Source of the DNA: Bacteroidia bacterium
GTDB taxonomy: Bacteria > Bacteroidota > Bacteroidia > 2-12-FULL-35-15
DNA: 35,979 bases
Direction of reading: 5' to 3'
NCBI GenBank assembly: GCA_035696085.1
Contig: DASRRA010000002.1
Coordinates: forward strand, 1 to 35,979
The position numbers and the translations under genes were made by a program. The first letter of the stretch is position 1. Each line of letters begins with the position of its first letter. Below the pieces are notes generated by a model, which did not search any database, was not told the origin of the DNA, and saw only the letters and a list, made by a program, of their open reading frames with translations. Shown one piece after another: positions 8,150-16,337 of this stretch.

Positions 8150-8217
8150 AGGAAATAAAGCCTAGAAAAACTTTTCAGGAAAGATTAAAAGAAGAGTTAG
8201 AAAAAAAGAAGAAATGA
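8017..8217 (+). CDS. hypothetical protein
   Basis: AAAGGAG at 8001-8007 precedes the ATG. An in-frame TAA lies immediately upstream. Charged helical composition. Confidence 0.55.
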   Translation: MAFETETEKLFQMYVRQVQMPYVEYGQDFVRFRNDGGKLFEISVKEIKPRKTFQERLKEELEKKKK

Positions 8218-8474
8218 GAACCATTAAAGTATTTATTAAATCGCTAAACAAGGAGGGTTATATATCTTGGTTTTGGGAGGAAGAGATTGATAACAAGAAG
8301 GAATACATAGTGAGGTACAAACCAAGCCCAACAAGCGGTTATTGTGGCAATAAAATAAAAGGAAGTGATCTAGTAAAGATACATGGTAACTGGGAACTGG
8401 AGATTCAAGAGAGAATAAGAAAAGGACTTGAAAGATTTATGAAGAGTAAACAAGGTCAACTAAAAATATTTTAA
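8214..8474 (+). CDS. hypothetical protein
   Basis: ATGA coupling with the upstream gene. Confidence 0.55.
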   Translation: MRTIKVFIKSLNKEGYISWFWEEEIDNKKEYIVRYKPSPTSGYCGNKIKGSDLVKIHGNWELEIQERIRKGLERFMKSKQGQLKIF

Positions 8475-8573
8475 AGAAATAAAAACCAGGGACAAAGCAA
8501 AATAACTATAGAGATATGACAATAGAAGAATTCAATAATATGAAAGTTGGATATGGTATGAAAGCCCTTTTTA

Positions 8574-8834
8574 ATGTTAAAAACTATGTCATTAGAGATA
8601 AACAGCGAAGAGATAAGAAAACCTAAACTCCGAGGAGATATTTTCAAAGAACATAGTGATAAGCTAGGGTTACTATGGACTAATGATCAATGGCAAACAG
8701 CTATTAACTCAATGGAAGAATACGCCAATTTGCGAGTAAAGGAAGCCCTTGAAGAGGTATCTAATGAAATATGGAAATTAGGAATAGGCAAAGATGAAGA
8801 CAAAGTTTTGGAGATTCTAAAAGGAAAGATGTAA
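8574..8834 (+). CDS. hypothetical protein (start uncertain)
   Basis: 86-aa ORF. A 36-aa ORF in another frame (8516-8626) overlaps its 5' end. Confidence 0.5.
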   Translation: MLKTMSLEINSEEIRKPKLRGDIFKEHSDKLGLLWTNDQWQTAINSMEEYANLRVKEALEEVSNEIWKLGIGKDEDKVLEILKGKM

Positions 8835-8968
8835 TGGAGAAGATAATACCAATTGAAGAGTGTATGTATAACTGCAAAGAGTGTGGTAAAAAGTGGTTAA
8901 TAGGTCAGTTTTGTAACTGCTGGGTAAAAAAGTCAGGAATAATTTTAATCGACCGCAAACATGAATAA
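8834..8968 (+). CDS. small zinc-ribbon protein (44 aa, not in ORF track)
   Basis: TAATG coupling to the upstream gene. CMYNCKEC...CNC cysteine cluster. Confidence 0.4.
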   Translation: MEKIIPIEECMYNCKECGKKWLIGQFCNCWVKKSGIILIDRKHE

Positions 8969-9131
8969 GAAGTTCCGTCTACCAAGGAAAGAGAAAAAAA
9001 GAAGGGTTAAATGGTATAGGGCTAATAATACAATATTTGATTGGTGGGGGTTAATGCATTTTAAGTATTACAGTAGTGTATTAAATCCACGACCTCATTT
9101 TGAAGAATGGAAAATAGATGCTTTAAAGTAA
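8961..9131 (+). CDS. small basic protein (56 aa, not in ORF track)
   Basis: 8-nt overlap with the previous small ORF. N-terminus KKFRLPRKEKKRRVKWYR. Confidence 0.35.
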   Translation: MNKKFRLPRKEKKRRVKWYRANNTIFDWWGLMHFKYYSSVLNPRPHFEEWKIDALK

Positions 9132-9156
9132 ACAATAGATTATAACACTATAAAAG

Positions 9157-9312
9157 ATGATAAAAGCGATAGGAATAATTATAGCATGTCAGTCAATAAT
9201 TATGATTTTTATAGGTGTAACAATTGGTGCTTTGGGGCATGAAGAATGGTTTATAAGATTTTCAACAGGATTAATTCTCTTGGGAATAAGTGCTTTAATA
9301 TTTAAAAAGTAA
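9157..9312 (+). CDS. small membrane protein (51 aa, not in ORF track)
   Basis: Two hydrophobic segments (IGIIIACQSIIMIFIGVTIGAL and GLILLGISALIF). Confidence 0.4.
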   Translation: MIKAIGIIIACQSIIMIFIGVTIGALGHEEWFIRFSTGLILLGISALIFKK

Positions 9313-9356
9313 ATCCAAGGGGCTATAATAGATCACGAAATTAACGGGTAATAATT

Positions 9357-9680
9357 ATGAAAGACAAACCAGCATCACAGGTAGATACTACAGAAGAAGC
9401 AAAGATTATTGTAGATGACATTTTAGCTAATAATATTAAGTCTAAGACCGAAATCACATTGTATGAACTATTGGTAGATACTGTATTAATTTACGAACAA
9501 AGACTAAAAGACTTAACAGCTGAAAATGAAAAGTTAAAGTCAGAGGTGAAAGAGTTTGCGGAATGGTGTAATGATAATACAAGTAGCAGAACAGATAGTG
9601 GATGGGTGTATTATGATGGTGAATATAGAAATTTCTATAAAACCACAGAAGAACTCTACCAACTATTTAAACAGAGATAA
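9357..9680 (+). CDS. hypothetical coiled-coil protein
   Basis: 107 aa with a central heptad-like stretch (RLKDLTAENEKLKSEVKEF). Confidence 0.6.
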   Translation: MKDKPASQVDTTEEAKIIVDDILANNIKSKTEITLYELLVDTVLIYEQRLKDLTAENEKLKSEVKEFAEWCNDNTSSRTDSGWVYYDGEYRNFYKTTEELYQLFKQR

Positions 9681-9694
9681 TAACTATATAAGAT

Positions 9695-9880
9695 ATGAAT
9701 ACAGAAGGAAATAAAAAAGGACATACAGATACTATAAGATGTCCCGAATGTAGCCAAAAACAAGAAGCTTATGTTGCTTATGGGTGGCCTTTTGCTACAT
9801 ATATACATATCTGCAATAGATGTAATTATACAATAACAGAAAGTGAATGGGATGTAATAAGTAACCTAAAAGATGAATAA
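9695..9880 (+). CDS. small zinc-finger protein
   Basis: CPEC...x24...CNRC, two CxxC pairs. Confidence 0.55.
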   Translation: MNTEGNKKGHTDTIRCPECSQKQEAYVAYGWPFATYIHICNRCNYTITESEWDVISNLKDE

Positions 9881-9882
9881 TC

Positions 9883-10089
9883 ATGGAAAAAGACAAAGAA
9901 GAAAGGGGTGAGGCAATCGCCTTGTATATGGGAATAGAAAAATGTACAGATGAAATAATGAAGCTAATTGAAGATAATTATGTGATTAAGGATCAAATTA
10001 ATTTAATGGCAGGCATTTTCGAAATGAAATCAATCCCAAGTTACACAGGTAATAATGAAGGAAAATTAAAAGCGGATAGTAAAATTTGA
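9883..10089 (+). CDS. hypothetical protein
   Basis: 68-aa ORF in tight spacing with its neighbours. Confidence 0.5.
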   Translation: MEKDKEERGEAIALYMGIEKCTDEIMKLIEDNYVIKDQINLMAGIFEMKSIPSYTGNNEGKLKADSKI

Positions 10090-10106
10090 CTTTGGTAAAG
10101 GAAAGT

Positions 10107-10304
10107 ATGAAACACTGTATTAAATGTAACCAGAATAAAGAGTTAGATGAATTCTACCCAAATAAAAGATACTCATTAGGAAGAATAAGCTGGTGTATGG
10201 AGTGTTGTAAAAAGTCAAGTAAGATTAATAGAGATAAATATAAATTGGAATTAGTAAAGGAAAGTAGTACATTTGTAAAGAAATGTTATACTAAAATAGA
10301 ATAA
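10107..10304 (+). CDS. zinc-ribbon protein, paralogue of the N-terminus of 6052-6423
   Basis: First ATG is at 10107 (the ORF track starts at TTG 10086). CIKC-x3-K-x3-EF ... CMEC. Confidence 0.55.
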   Translation: MKHCIKCNQNKELDEFYPNKRYSLGRISWCMECCKKSSKINRDKYKLELVKESSTFVKKCYTKIE

Positions 10305-10310
10305 TATAGA

Positions 10311-10622
10311 ATGCCATTCGAGAAAGGACACGAGAAGACGGGAGGAAAAGAAAAGGGTTCTAAGAACAAAAAAACAGAGCTTTGGGAAGAGTTCTCTTCT
10401 TATTGTTTAGAAGGAGGATTAGAAAAGTTTAAGGTTGAACTGGGTAAACTAGATAAGGCTGCATATGTTAAAGCTTTCCTTACCCTGTTAGAGTTCCATA
10501 AGCCTAAACTTGCGAGGATAGTAGACAAAGAAGGTGAAGATGTTATACCCTCAACAATTACAATAGAAATAGTACACTCAGGCCCAAAGATAGCCACAAG
10601 CGAAAAGGAGGCCGATGTTTAA
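10311..10622 (+). CDS. putative terminase small subunit
   Basis: Lies immediately upstream of and overlaps the large terminase. Basic N-terminus PFEKGHEKTGGKEKGSKNK as seen in small DNA-recognition subunits. Call is largely positional. Confidence 0.4.
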   Translation: MPFEKGHEKTGGKEKGSKNKKTELWEEFSSYCLEGGLEKFKVELGKLDKAAYVKAFLTLLEFHKPKLARIVDKEGEDVIPSTITIEIVHSGPKIATSEKEADV

Positions 10623-11793
10623 AGTCTCCCCACTTTTTGATGCCAATTACAATGCAACTGAGCATATAGTAGTTAATCAGGGAGGGACCTACTCAGGTAA
10701 GACTTACGCAATAGATCAAACACTTTTCACTAAGCTTTCAGAACAACCAAAGAAGATAGCCACGGTAGTTGGTCAGGATATACCCAATTTGAAGTCAGGA
10801 GCCTTAAGGGACGCTTTAAACATATACGAGGACTCAAAGGAGCTTCAGAGTATGATCAAGTCTTATAACCGCTCTGAACGCATATTTGAGTTTAAGAACA
10901 AATCTATCATGGAGTTTAAAAGCTATGATAGTCCACAGGATGCAAAGAACGGGAAAAGGGATTTTCTTTTTATTAACGAGGCCAACGGTGTTCCTAAACT
11001 TATCTACGATGAATTAGCCTTAAGAACCAACCAGCAAATATTTATTGATTATAACCCTAATGCAGAGTTTTGGGTACATGATGATCTATTAGGAAAACCA
11101 GGAGTACAATTGTTTATATCAGATCACAGGCATAACCCGTTCATTCAACAGGCCCAACGAGATAAGATAGAGGCTTTAAAGGACAAAGATTATGAACTAT
11201 GGAAGGTTTATGCTAGGGGACTTACCGGAAAGATAGAAGGCCTTATCTTTAGAAACTGGAACGTTGTTGATGCTATTCCGGCAGGTGCTAAATTCATATG
11301 TAACGGCCTTGACTTTGGGTTTACCAATGATGTATCAGCAAGTATTAATGTATTCCTACAAGATGGTGAACTGTGGTTAGATGAATTGTTTTATCAGAAC
11401 GGCCTTACTAATCCTGATATATGTAACAAGTTTGCAGAATGTGGGTTACAAAAGAATCAATCAATAGTGGGAGACTCTTCAGAGCCTAAGTCTATCAAAG
11501 AGATTAGTGTTATGGGTTATCAGATAGAGGGAGCCGAGAAAGGACCTGATAGCGTTAACGCCTCAATAGATATTTTAAAGAGGTATAAGATGAATGTTAC
11601 AAGGCAAAGTGTTAACTTGCGTAAGGAGCTTAATAATTATAAATGGAAGGTAGATAGGTTGAGTGGCAAGGCTTTAAATGAGCCTGTAGATGCTTTTAAC
11701 CATGCTATAGATGCGGTCCGATATGTGGCCCTGAATAAGCTAAAGAATGATGTTAAAACAGGGACCAAGTTCACAGTACACTTAAGAAGATGA
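10615..11793 (+). CDS. terL: terminase large subunit
   Basis: Walker A NQGGTYSGKTYA, Walker B-like FLFINEA, and a C-terminal RNaseH-like nuclease motif VDAFNHAIDAVRYV. Confidence 0.9.
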   Translation: MFKVSPLFDANYNATEHIVVNQGGTYSGKTYAIDQTLFTKLSEQPKKIATVVGQDIPNLKSGALRDALNIYEDSKELQSMIKSYNRSERIFEFKNKSIMEFKSYDSPQDAKNGKRDFLFINEANGVPKLIYDELALRTNQQIFIDYNPNAEFWVHDDLLGKPGVQLFISDHRHNPFIQQAQRDKIEALKDKDYELWKVYARGLTGKIEGLIFRNWNVVDAIPAGAKFICNGLDFGFTNDVSASINVFLQDGELWLDELFYQNGLTNPDICNKFAECGLQKNQSIVGDSSEPKSIKEISVMGYQIEGAEKGPDSVNASIDILKRYKMNVTRQSVNLRKELNNYKWKVDRLSGKALNEPVDAFNHAIDAVRYVALNKLKNDVKTGTKFTVHLRR

Positions 11794-12059
11794 ATAGATA
11801 CGTAGCCTTGCTTATTTGTTTCTTTACCGGATCAGTAGGGCTTCACTTTGTTTATATGGGTAGATTTAGCGAGGCCTGTATAAGGGCGATATGGTTGTTT
11901 GGGTTTTGGCCTGTAGCCTGTGTTGGGTGGTGTTTAGATTTAAGCATGCTACTCAGAATGAATAAGTATCAGTTTGATTCCTATTGCAGGAAGAGAGTAA
12001 AGGGGACAGGTAGTAAGGAGGAACTAAAAAAATATTATGAAAAGATTCAAACTAAATGA
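11790..12059 (+). CDS. TM2-domain membrane protein
   Basis: YVALLICFFTGSVGLHFVYMGRF fits the TM2 signature (G..G.H.FY.G), followed by a second hydrophobic helix. Confidence 0.7.
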   Translation: MNRYVALLICFFTGSVGLHFVYMGRFSEACIRAIWLFGFWPVACVGWCLDLSMLLRMNKYQFDSYCRKRVKGTGSKEELKKYYEKIQTK

Positions 12060-12732
12060 AAAGGAGTTTAACTGCCCTCAAAGCTGGGCAGAGATAACCA
12101 TTGAACAACTATTAAAGATAACAGCAGAGGTCCTGAAGCCTATGGATGCTATAGTTATCTGTACGGGAATAACTGAAAGTGAATGGAATTTGTCTGATGA
12201 CTTCAAACTTATTGAGGAAATAGAGCAAACATTATCCTTTCTTAACTCTAATGAAGGGTGTCAACTAGAAAAAGAACCTAAAGAAATTGTATTTAACCAA
12301 TTTACTATGCCTCCGATTTCGGATATAGGAACCAAAAGTATAGCACAATACCAAGATATAAAGCTTTTGATTAACGAGTTTCATTTAGCGGAGGGTGAGC
12401 AAATAGATACATTAAGGAGGCTTTCATTATACCCAAAGATAGTAGCTACTTACTTACAGCCTATTATTGATAAGGGAGAATATGACTATAAAAGAGCTGA
12501 TGAAATAGCCAAAGAACTATACAACCACTCGGCAATGGAGGTGTCTAGTTGGGGGTATTTTTTTATTCAGAGATTTCTCGAATTGAGGAATGGCATAGTG
12601 AAAGATGTGCAGACGTTGGGTATGAAGCAGAAGAAGCAGAAGCAGGGTTCTCTCAGCTCTTTAAGACGTTGGGTTGGCGAGGTGTTCTCTATTCGCTTGG
12701 GGGATCGGACTTTAAGAAGCACGATGAAATAG
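12037..12732 (+). CDS. hypothetical structural/assembly protein, zero-frame product (possible tail-assembly-chaperone G analogue)
   Basis: 231-aa ORF. The last ~55 aa, downstream of the T7 run, are R/S/L-rich and of poor quality. Confidence 0.5.
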   Translation: MKRFKLNEKEFNCPQSWAEITIEQLLKITAEVLKPMDAIVICTGITESEWNLSDDFKLIEEIEQTLSFLNSNEGCQLEKEPKEIVFNQFTMPPISDIGTKSIAQYQDIKLLINEFHLAEGEQIDTLRRLSLYPKIVATYLQPIIDKGEYDYKRADEIAKELYNHSAMEVSSWGYFFIQRFLELRNGIVKDVQTLGMKQKKQKQGSLSSLRRWVGEVFSIRLGDRTLRSTMK

Positions 12733-12839
12733 GTGAAAGATCAGTTTACGAGGTTTACAACTATCTACAGTTCTTATCCCATAAATCAGCCTGCGAAAAA
12801 GAATATAGAGAAATATTAAAACGTAAGAATAAATTGTAG
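12037..12839 (+). CDS. predicted 267-aa -1 frameshift (or indel-corrected) fusion product of ORFs 12037 and 12549
   Basis: 176 codons of frame 0 plus 91 codons of frame -1. The -1 segment (..EEWHSERCADVGYEAEEAEAGFSQLFKTLGW...VYEVYNYLQFLSHKS...) looks more protein-like than the zero-frame tail. Confidence 0.4.
12558..12564 (+). promoter_or_regulatory. candidate -1 ribosomal frameshift heptamer T TTT TTT (or a homopolymer indel site)
   Basis: The run of 7 T is in the X XXY YYZ register for the 12037 frame (codons TTT 12559-61 and TTT 12562-64). The -1 frame is open from 12549 to 12839. Confidence 0.45.
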
Positions 12840-12863
12840 TATATTTACAGTGAGGGCGTTGGT

Positions 12864-13328
12864 ATGGTGTATGAGAGTTTATACAATCTATTAAATAGTA
12901 TTGCAGAAGGTTTAGACTTTGACGTGGAATTTAATCATGGTCGGGCTTCTGATATTAATATCTTTTCAGATCAGAATAAGAGTACTCTTATATGGTCATC
13001 ACTTTTCCGTTCTACAGGAACATTCCCTAATCAAACAAACAGACTATTTAGAACCTACAGAGTAGAGCTTGGATTTTATCAGGCTGATGCAATAGCTTCT
13101 ACTAATGATCAGACAAGGGAAATCCTAGAGACGTGTGATCTTATAATGACTAATTACCTATTAGCTCTTAACACAACCGTTGCAGATATAGAAGGCATTA
13201 GTGATGATATAGAATTAACAGGGCTTTCCTTTGATCCATTCGTTAAGATCACCTCACATATCCTTACGGGCCACGTGGCCACTTTTAATATTACTCTTCC
13301 TGATGATTTTAAATACTGTAGCGAATGA
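12864..13328 (+). CDS. hypothetical virion protein
   Basis: 154 aa with ATGA coupling to the next gene. Lies in the structural block. No motif recognised. Confidence 0.55.
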   Translation: MVYESLYNLLNSIAEGLDFDVEFNHGRASDINIFSDQNKSTLIWSSLFRSTGTFPNQTNRLFRTYRVELGFYQADAIASTNDQTREILETCDLIMTNYLLALNTTVADIEGISDDIELTGLSFDPFVKITSHILTGHVATFNITLPDDFKYCSE

Positions 13329-13777
13329 GCCTAAAAGACTTCTTTACTCAACAAGGTTTAGATATAACTAAAGGGTTAAAAGATAGCTTACGTAGTGCTA
13401 ATAGAAATGCAAGCGGTAAAACTTCTGATTCTATAAACTTTGAGATATTTGAAGACGGTAGTACAACAACCTTTCAAGTAGTAGCCAATAAAAATATAAT
13501 GGCTCTTGAATTTGGTAGAGGCCCAACAAAGAAATCAGGAACAGGAGTTTTAAAGGATTCAATCAGGCAATGGATAAAAGACAAAGGTATTAAAGGCAGT
13601 AACGGGATAAGTGAAGATTCTTTGGTCTTTCTTATTACTCGCAAGATACACAGAGAAGGTTACGCTGGAACACCTGGATTAATTAGCGATGTGATCAGTG
13701 ATGAATTAAGGGAGAATATAGAATTAGGTATATCGGATATTATAGGGAATGAATTTGTGAAGGAGATAATAGTATGA
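13325..13777 (+). CDS. hypothetical virion protein (possibly HK97 gp10-like tail-completion family)
   Basis: ALEFGRGP...IRQWIKDKGI is reminiscent of gp10-type proteins. Weak evidence. Confidence 0.5.
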   Translation: MSLKDFFTQQGLDITKGLKDSLRSANRNASGKTSDSINFEIFEDGSTTTFQVVANKNIMALEFGRGPTKKSGTGVLKDSIRQWIKDKGIKGSNGISEDSLVFLITRKIHREGYAGTPGLISDVISDELRENIELGISDIIGNEFVKEIIV

Positions 13778-13881
13778 TGAAAGGGCATTATAAAGGATCT
13801 CTTTACGGGGATTATTATATGGTTAAATCTAAACGTAATTTCTGGCAATGGTTGAAATATATAATTAAGAAAGCATTATGA
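13774..13881 (+). CDS. tiny ORF (35 aa, not in ORF track) bridging two structural genes
   Basis: ATGA overlaps at both ends (13774-77 and 13878-81). Confidence 0.3.
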   Translation: MMKGHYKGSLYGDYYMVKSKRNFWQWLKYIIKKAL

Positions 13882-16337
13882 GTTTAAGTATAACGTTTAG
13901 GCCGCAGAAAGATTTATACGCTGTTAATCCACCAGATGTATACGATGAAGCTTATTATAATTCACGTTGGGTATCAGGTCACCTTCCTATCCAATATAAA
14001 ATACTTAATACTAAATGGCCCACTAACTCAGACGATACAGTAGATAATATTTGCGCTGTTTCAGATGTTAACGGGTTTGCAGAAATAAATCTGTGTGGGA
14101 CCTATAATACATATCTAGAGAAAGAATATATAAAGATAGATGATAGTACGGTAGATTCTTATAATGGAGTCTGGCAGGTCCTTAGTGTTGTTAATGCAAC
14201 TACAATTATTATTAGTGCTTTTTATGACGGGTCCGCAACAGCAACCTTCCAAAGATATTACAACAACTATCACAATCTTGTAAAGGTCTACGCTGGTATT
14301 CCTGAGTATCATCAATTCGAGAGCGAAGATGAAATGAGTCTGATAGCTACTCTTAAGATACAACCTAATGAATCTAATTTATCAATAGCAGATATTTCAG
14401 GTCTTATTAAGGCTAAGTTAAATTGTGATAATGACCTAGATCAATTAAGTACACCTAATGATTTAAACGCATGGACAGGCTTTTACATTGATTATGCAGA
14501 GAGTTATGATGTTTCTGATGGTGACGAGGTAACCCAATATACAAGTGATTATACAACTGATGCGATTAGTGGATGCGTGGCAGGGGAACTTGTAACCAAT
14601 GGAAGCTTTACAACTAATTTAAATGATTGGTCTAGTCTTGGAAGCGGAAGCACTTGGGTTTATGATGCAGGTAAAGCGAGTGCCACACGAGGGATCAATA
14701 GTAATTCTAAAGGGTTTGCTCAAGAGTTAGAGTTTATTTTAGGGTTAGAATATAGAATACAGGCCACGATTACAAACAATGAAGCCAACGTAGGATATTT
14801 ATATGTGAGCTTATCTCCTACTACTTCTTTAGCTGAATCAATTACTATTTTATTTCAAGAAATAGGATCAGGAGCAAATACAATAGACTTTAATATGATA
14901 CCACAGGCAGACCATGGAGTTATATACTTCTCGGTTACTTATGGTGGATCATCTACACAGAAACTAAGCATAGATAATGTGAGTGTTACAGCTCCTTCAT
15001 GTACTTATTACGGGTTTGCTATTAACGGCACAAGACAATTTCAGAATACTATAGGTGGAAACTTTGGAGACTATGTACAGAACTTTAATACTGAAGGAGT
15101 ACTAAATAACTTCCTTACTAAGTTTGTTTCTCCGATATGGTTCAACTCATTATATTTCGATCTATCAACTATAATTCCAAAGAGTACATTTAGTGCTACA
15201 TCAGACAACCAGCTATATTATTATATTAAAGAATACACAGAGGGCGGTGGGTTTATTCAAAGACAGGATATAACCATTGAAAGCAAAGATGATGGAGTTT
15301 ACAGATTGCCTATAAGTGATTTAACTTTAGATTCTAGTACAGATTATTTTGATTTACAGATTTACCAACTACCTACAAATAGGCTGACTGATGCAAACAA
15401 TGGCACGTTTGAATATACTACAGATGGAGCTGGTAGCCCTCCGAGTGATTGGGGTATGAGCATAGGGGTAGTAGGGGATTTATTACAATCAAACCTATTT
15501 GCTCATTCAGGTACCTATTCATTGGAGATCACTACAAATACAAGTTATTCCGTTGGACAACATAGTATGTTTTCAACAATATCTTACATAACTGTAGAGG
15601 AAAATTCAGATTATATAATAGAGGGATATGTTCTTAAGAATAGCCTCAATACTCAATATAATGGATCTACAGTTTATTTAACACCCATTGGCATAACTCC
15701 TACTTTAATTAATAGTTTCCAGATCACAAGTGAAAATGGAGCATGGAACTATATTAAGACCGTGTTTAATACAGGAGCGAACACGACAGTAGCTATTAGA
15801 TTAATACTAAGCAACACTTCTCTTGTAACGAGTGAGGACATGGTTTTATATTTGGATGATGTAACAGTTAAGGGTCCTGTAGAAAACCTATCAGAGGTTA
15901 AAACTATTCAGGTAGATAATACTTGTACTAAACAAAACATATATTTATCGTGGCTTAATAATCTTGGACAATGGGAGTACTACAACTTTAAAGCTCAAAA
16001 GGATTATGGGATTGATATAGGTAAGCCCAAAAGTATTACAAGGGACGTGCTTGTTAATTGGGACACTGATTTTATTAGCGGTGAAACGCAGGATGATTAT
16101 ATAAGTGTAGAGGCTAATGAGACTATTGCAGTACGCTCTCAGTTCATGTCATTAGAAGAATTACAGGCAGTAGTTCAGATTATGTACGCTATAAGAGTTC
16201 AGGAGATAAGAAGCGATAACACTAAAATTACTGTTTTAGTGGATAAGAAATCCATTAAAAAATATTCTGATGGAGATAGGATGTATGCTATAGAGTTTGA
16301 TATTACTTATCCTAAAATAGAAATACAAACCCAATGA
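13878..16337 (+). CDS. large tail/baseplate protein with two CBM-like (galactose-binding-like jelly-roll) modules
   Basis: 819 aa. Modules at ~14586-14990 (ELVTNGSFTTNLNDWS ... LSIDNVSVT) and ~15381-15875 (NNGTFEY...DWG...HSGTYSLEI...LYLDDVTVKG) carry the start and end signatures of CBM4/9-type domains. Confidence 0.6.
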   Translation: MSLSITFRPQKDLYAVNPPDVYDEAYYNSRWVSGHLPIQYKILNTKWPTNSDDTVDNICAVSDVNGFAEINLCGTYNTYLEKEYIKIDDSTVDSYNGVWQVLSVVNATTIIISAFYDGSATATFQRYYNNYHNLVKVYAGIPEYHQFESEDEMSLIATLKIQPNESNLSIADISGLIKAKLNCDNDLDQLSTPNDLNAWTGFYIDYAESYDVSDGDEVTQYTSDYTTDAISGCVAGELVTNGSFTTNLNDWSSLGSGSTWVYDAGKASATRGINSNSKGFAQELEFILGLEYRIQATITNNEANVGYLYVSLSPTTSLAESITILFQEIGSGANTIDFNMIPQADHGVIYFSVTYGGSSTQKLSIDNVSVTAPSCTYYGFAINGTRQFQNTIGGNFGDYVQNFNTEGVLNNFLTKFVSPIWFNSLYFDLSTIIPKSTFSATSDNQLYYYIKEYTEGGGFIQRQDITIESKDDGVYRLPISDLTLDSSTDYFDLQIYQLPTNRLTDANNGTFEYTTDGAGSPPSDWGMSIGVVGDLLQSNLFAHSGTYSLEITTNTSYSVGQHSMFSTISYITVEENSDYIIEGYVLKNSLNTQYNGSTVYLTPIGITPTLINSFQITSENGAWNYIKTVFNTGANTTVAIRLILSNTSLVTSEDMVLYLDDVTVKGPVENLSEVKTIQVDNTCTKQNIYLSWLNNLGQWEYYNFKAQKDYGIDIGKPKSITRDVLVNWDTDFISGETQDDYISVEANETIAVRSQFMSLEELQAVVQIMYAIRVQEIRSDNTKITVLVDKKSIKKYSDGDRMYAIEFDITYPKIEIQTQ

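Noticed and set aside
8516-8626. 36-aa ORF (MTIEEFNNMKVGYGMKALF...) overlapping the 5' end of ORF 8574-8834 in another frame
   Set aside because: By eye it cannot be decided whether this is a real micro-gene, the true N-terminus of the downstream gene separated by an indel, or noise. It was not listed as a feature.
12549-12839. ORF 12549-12839 as an independent gene
   Set aside because: Its only start is a TTG with no ribosome-binding context, 9 nt upstream of the T7 run, and it lies wholly within or contiguous to ORF 12037. It is better explained as the -1 extension (or indel-shifted continuation) of that gene.
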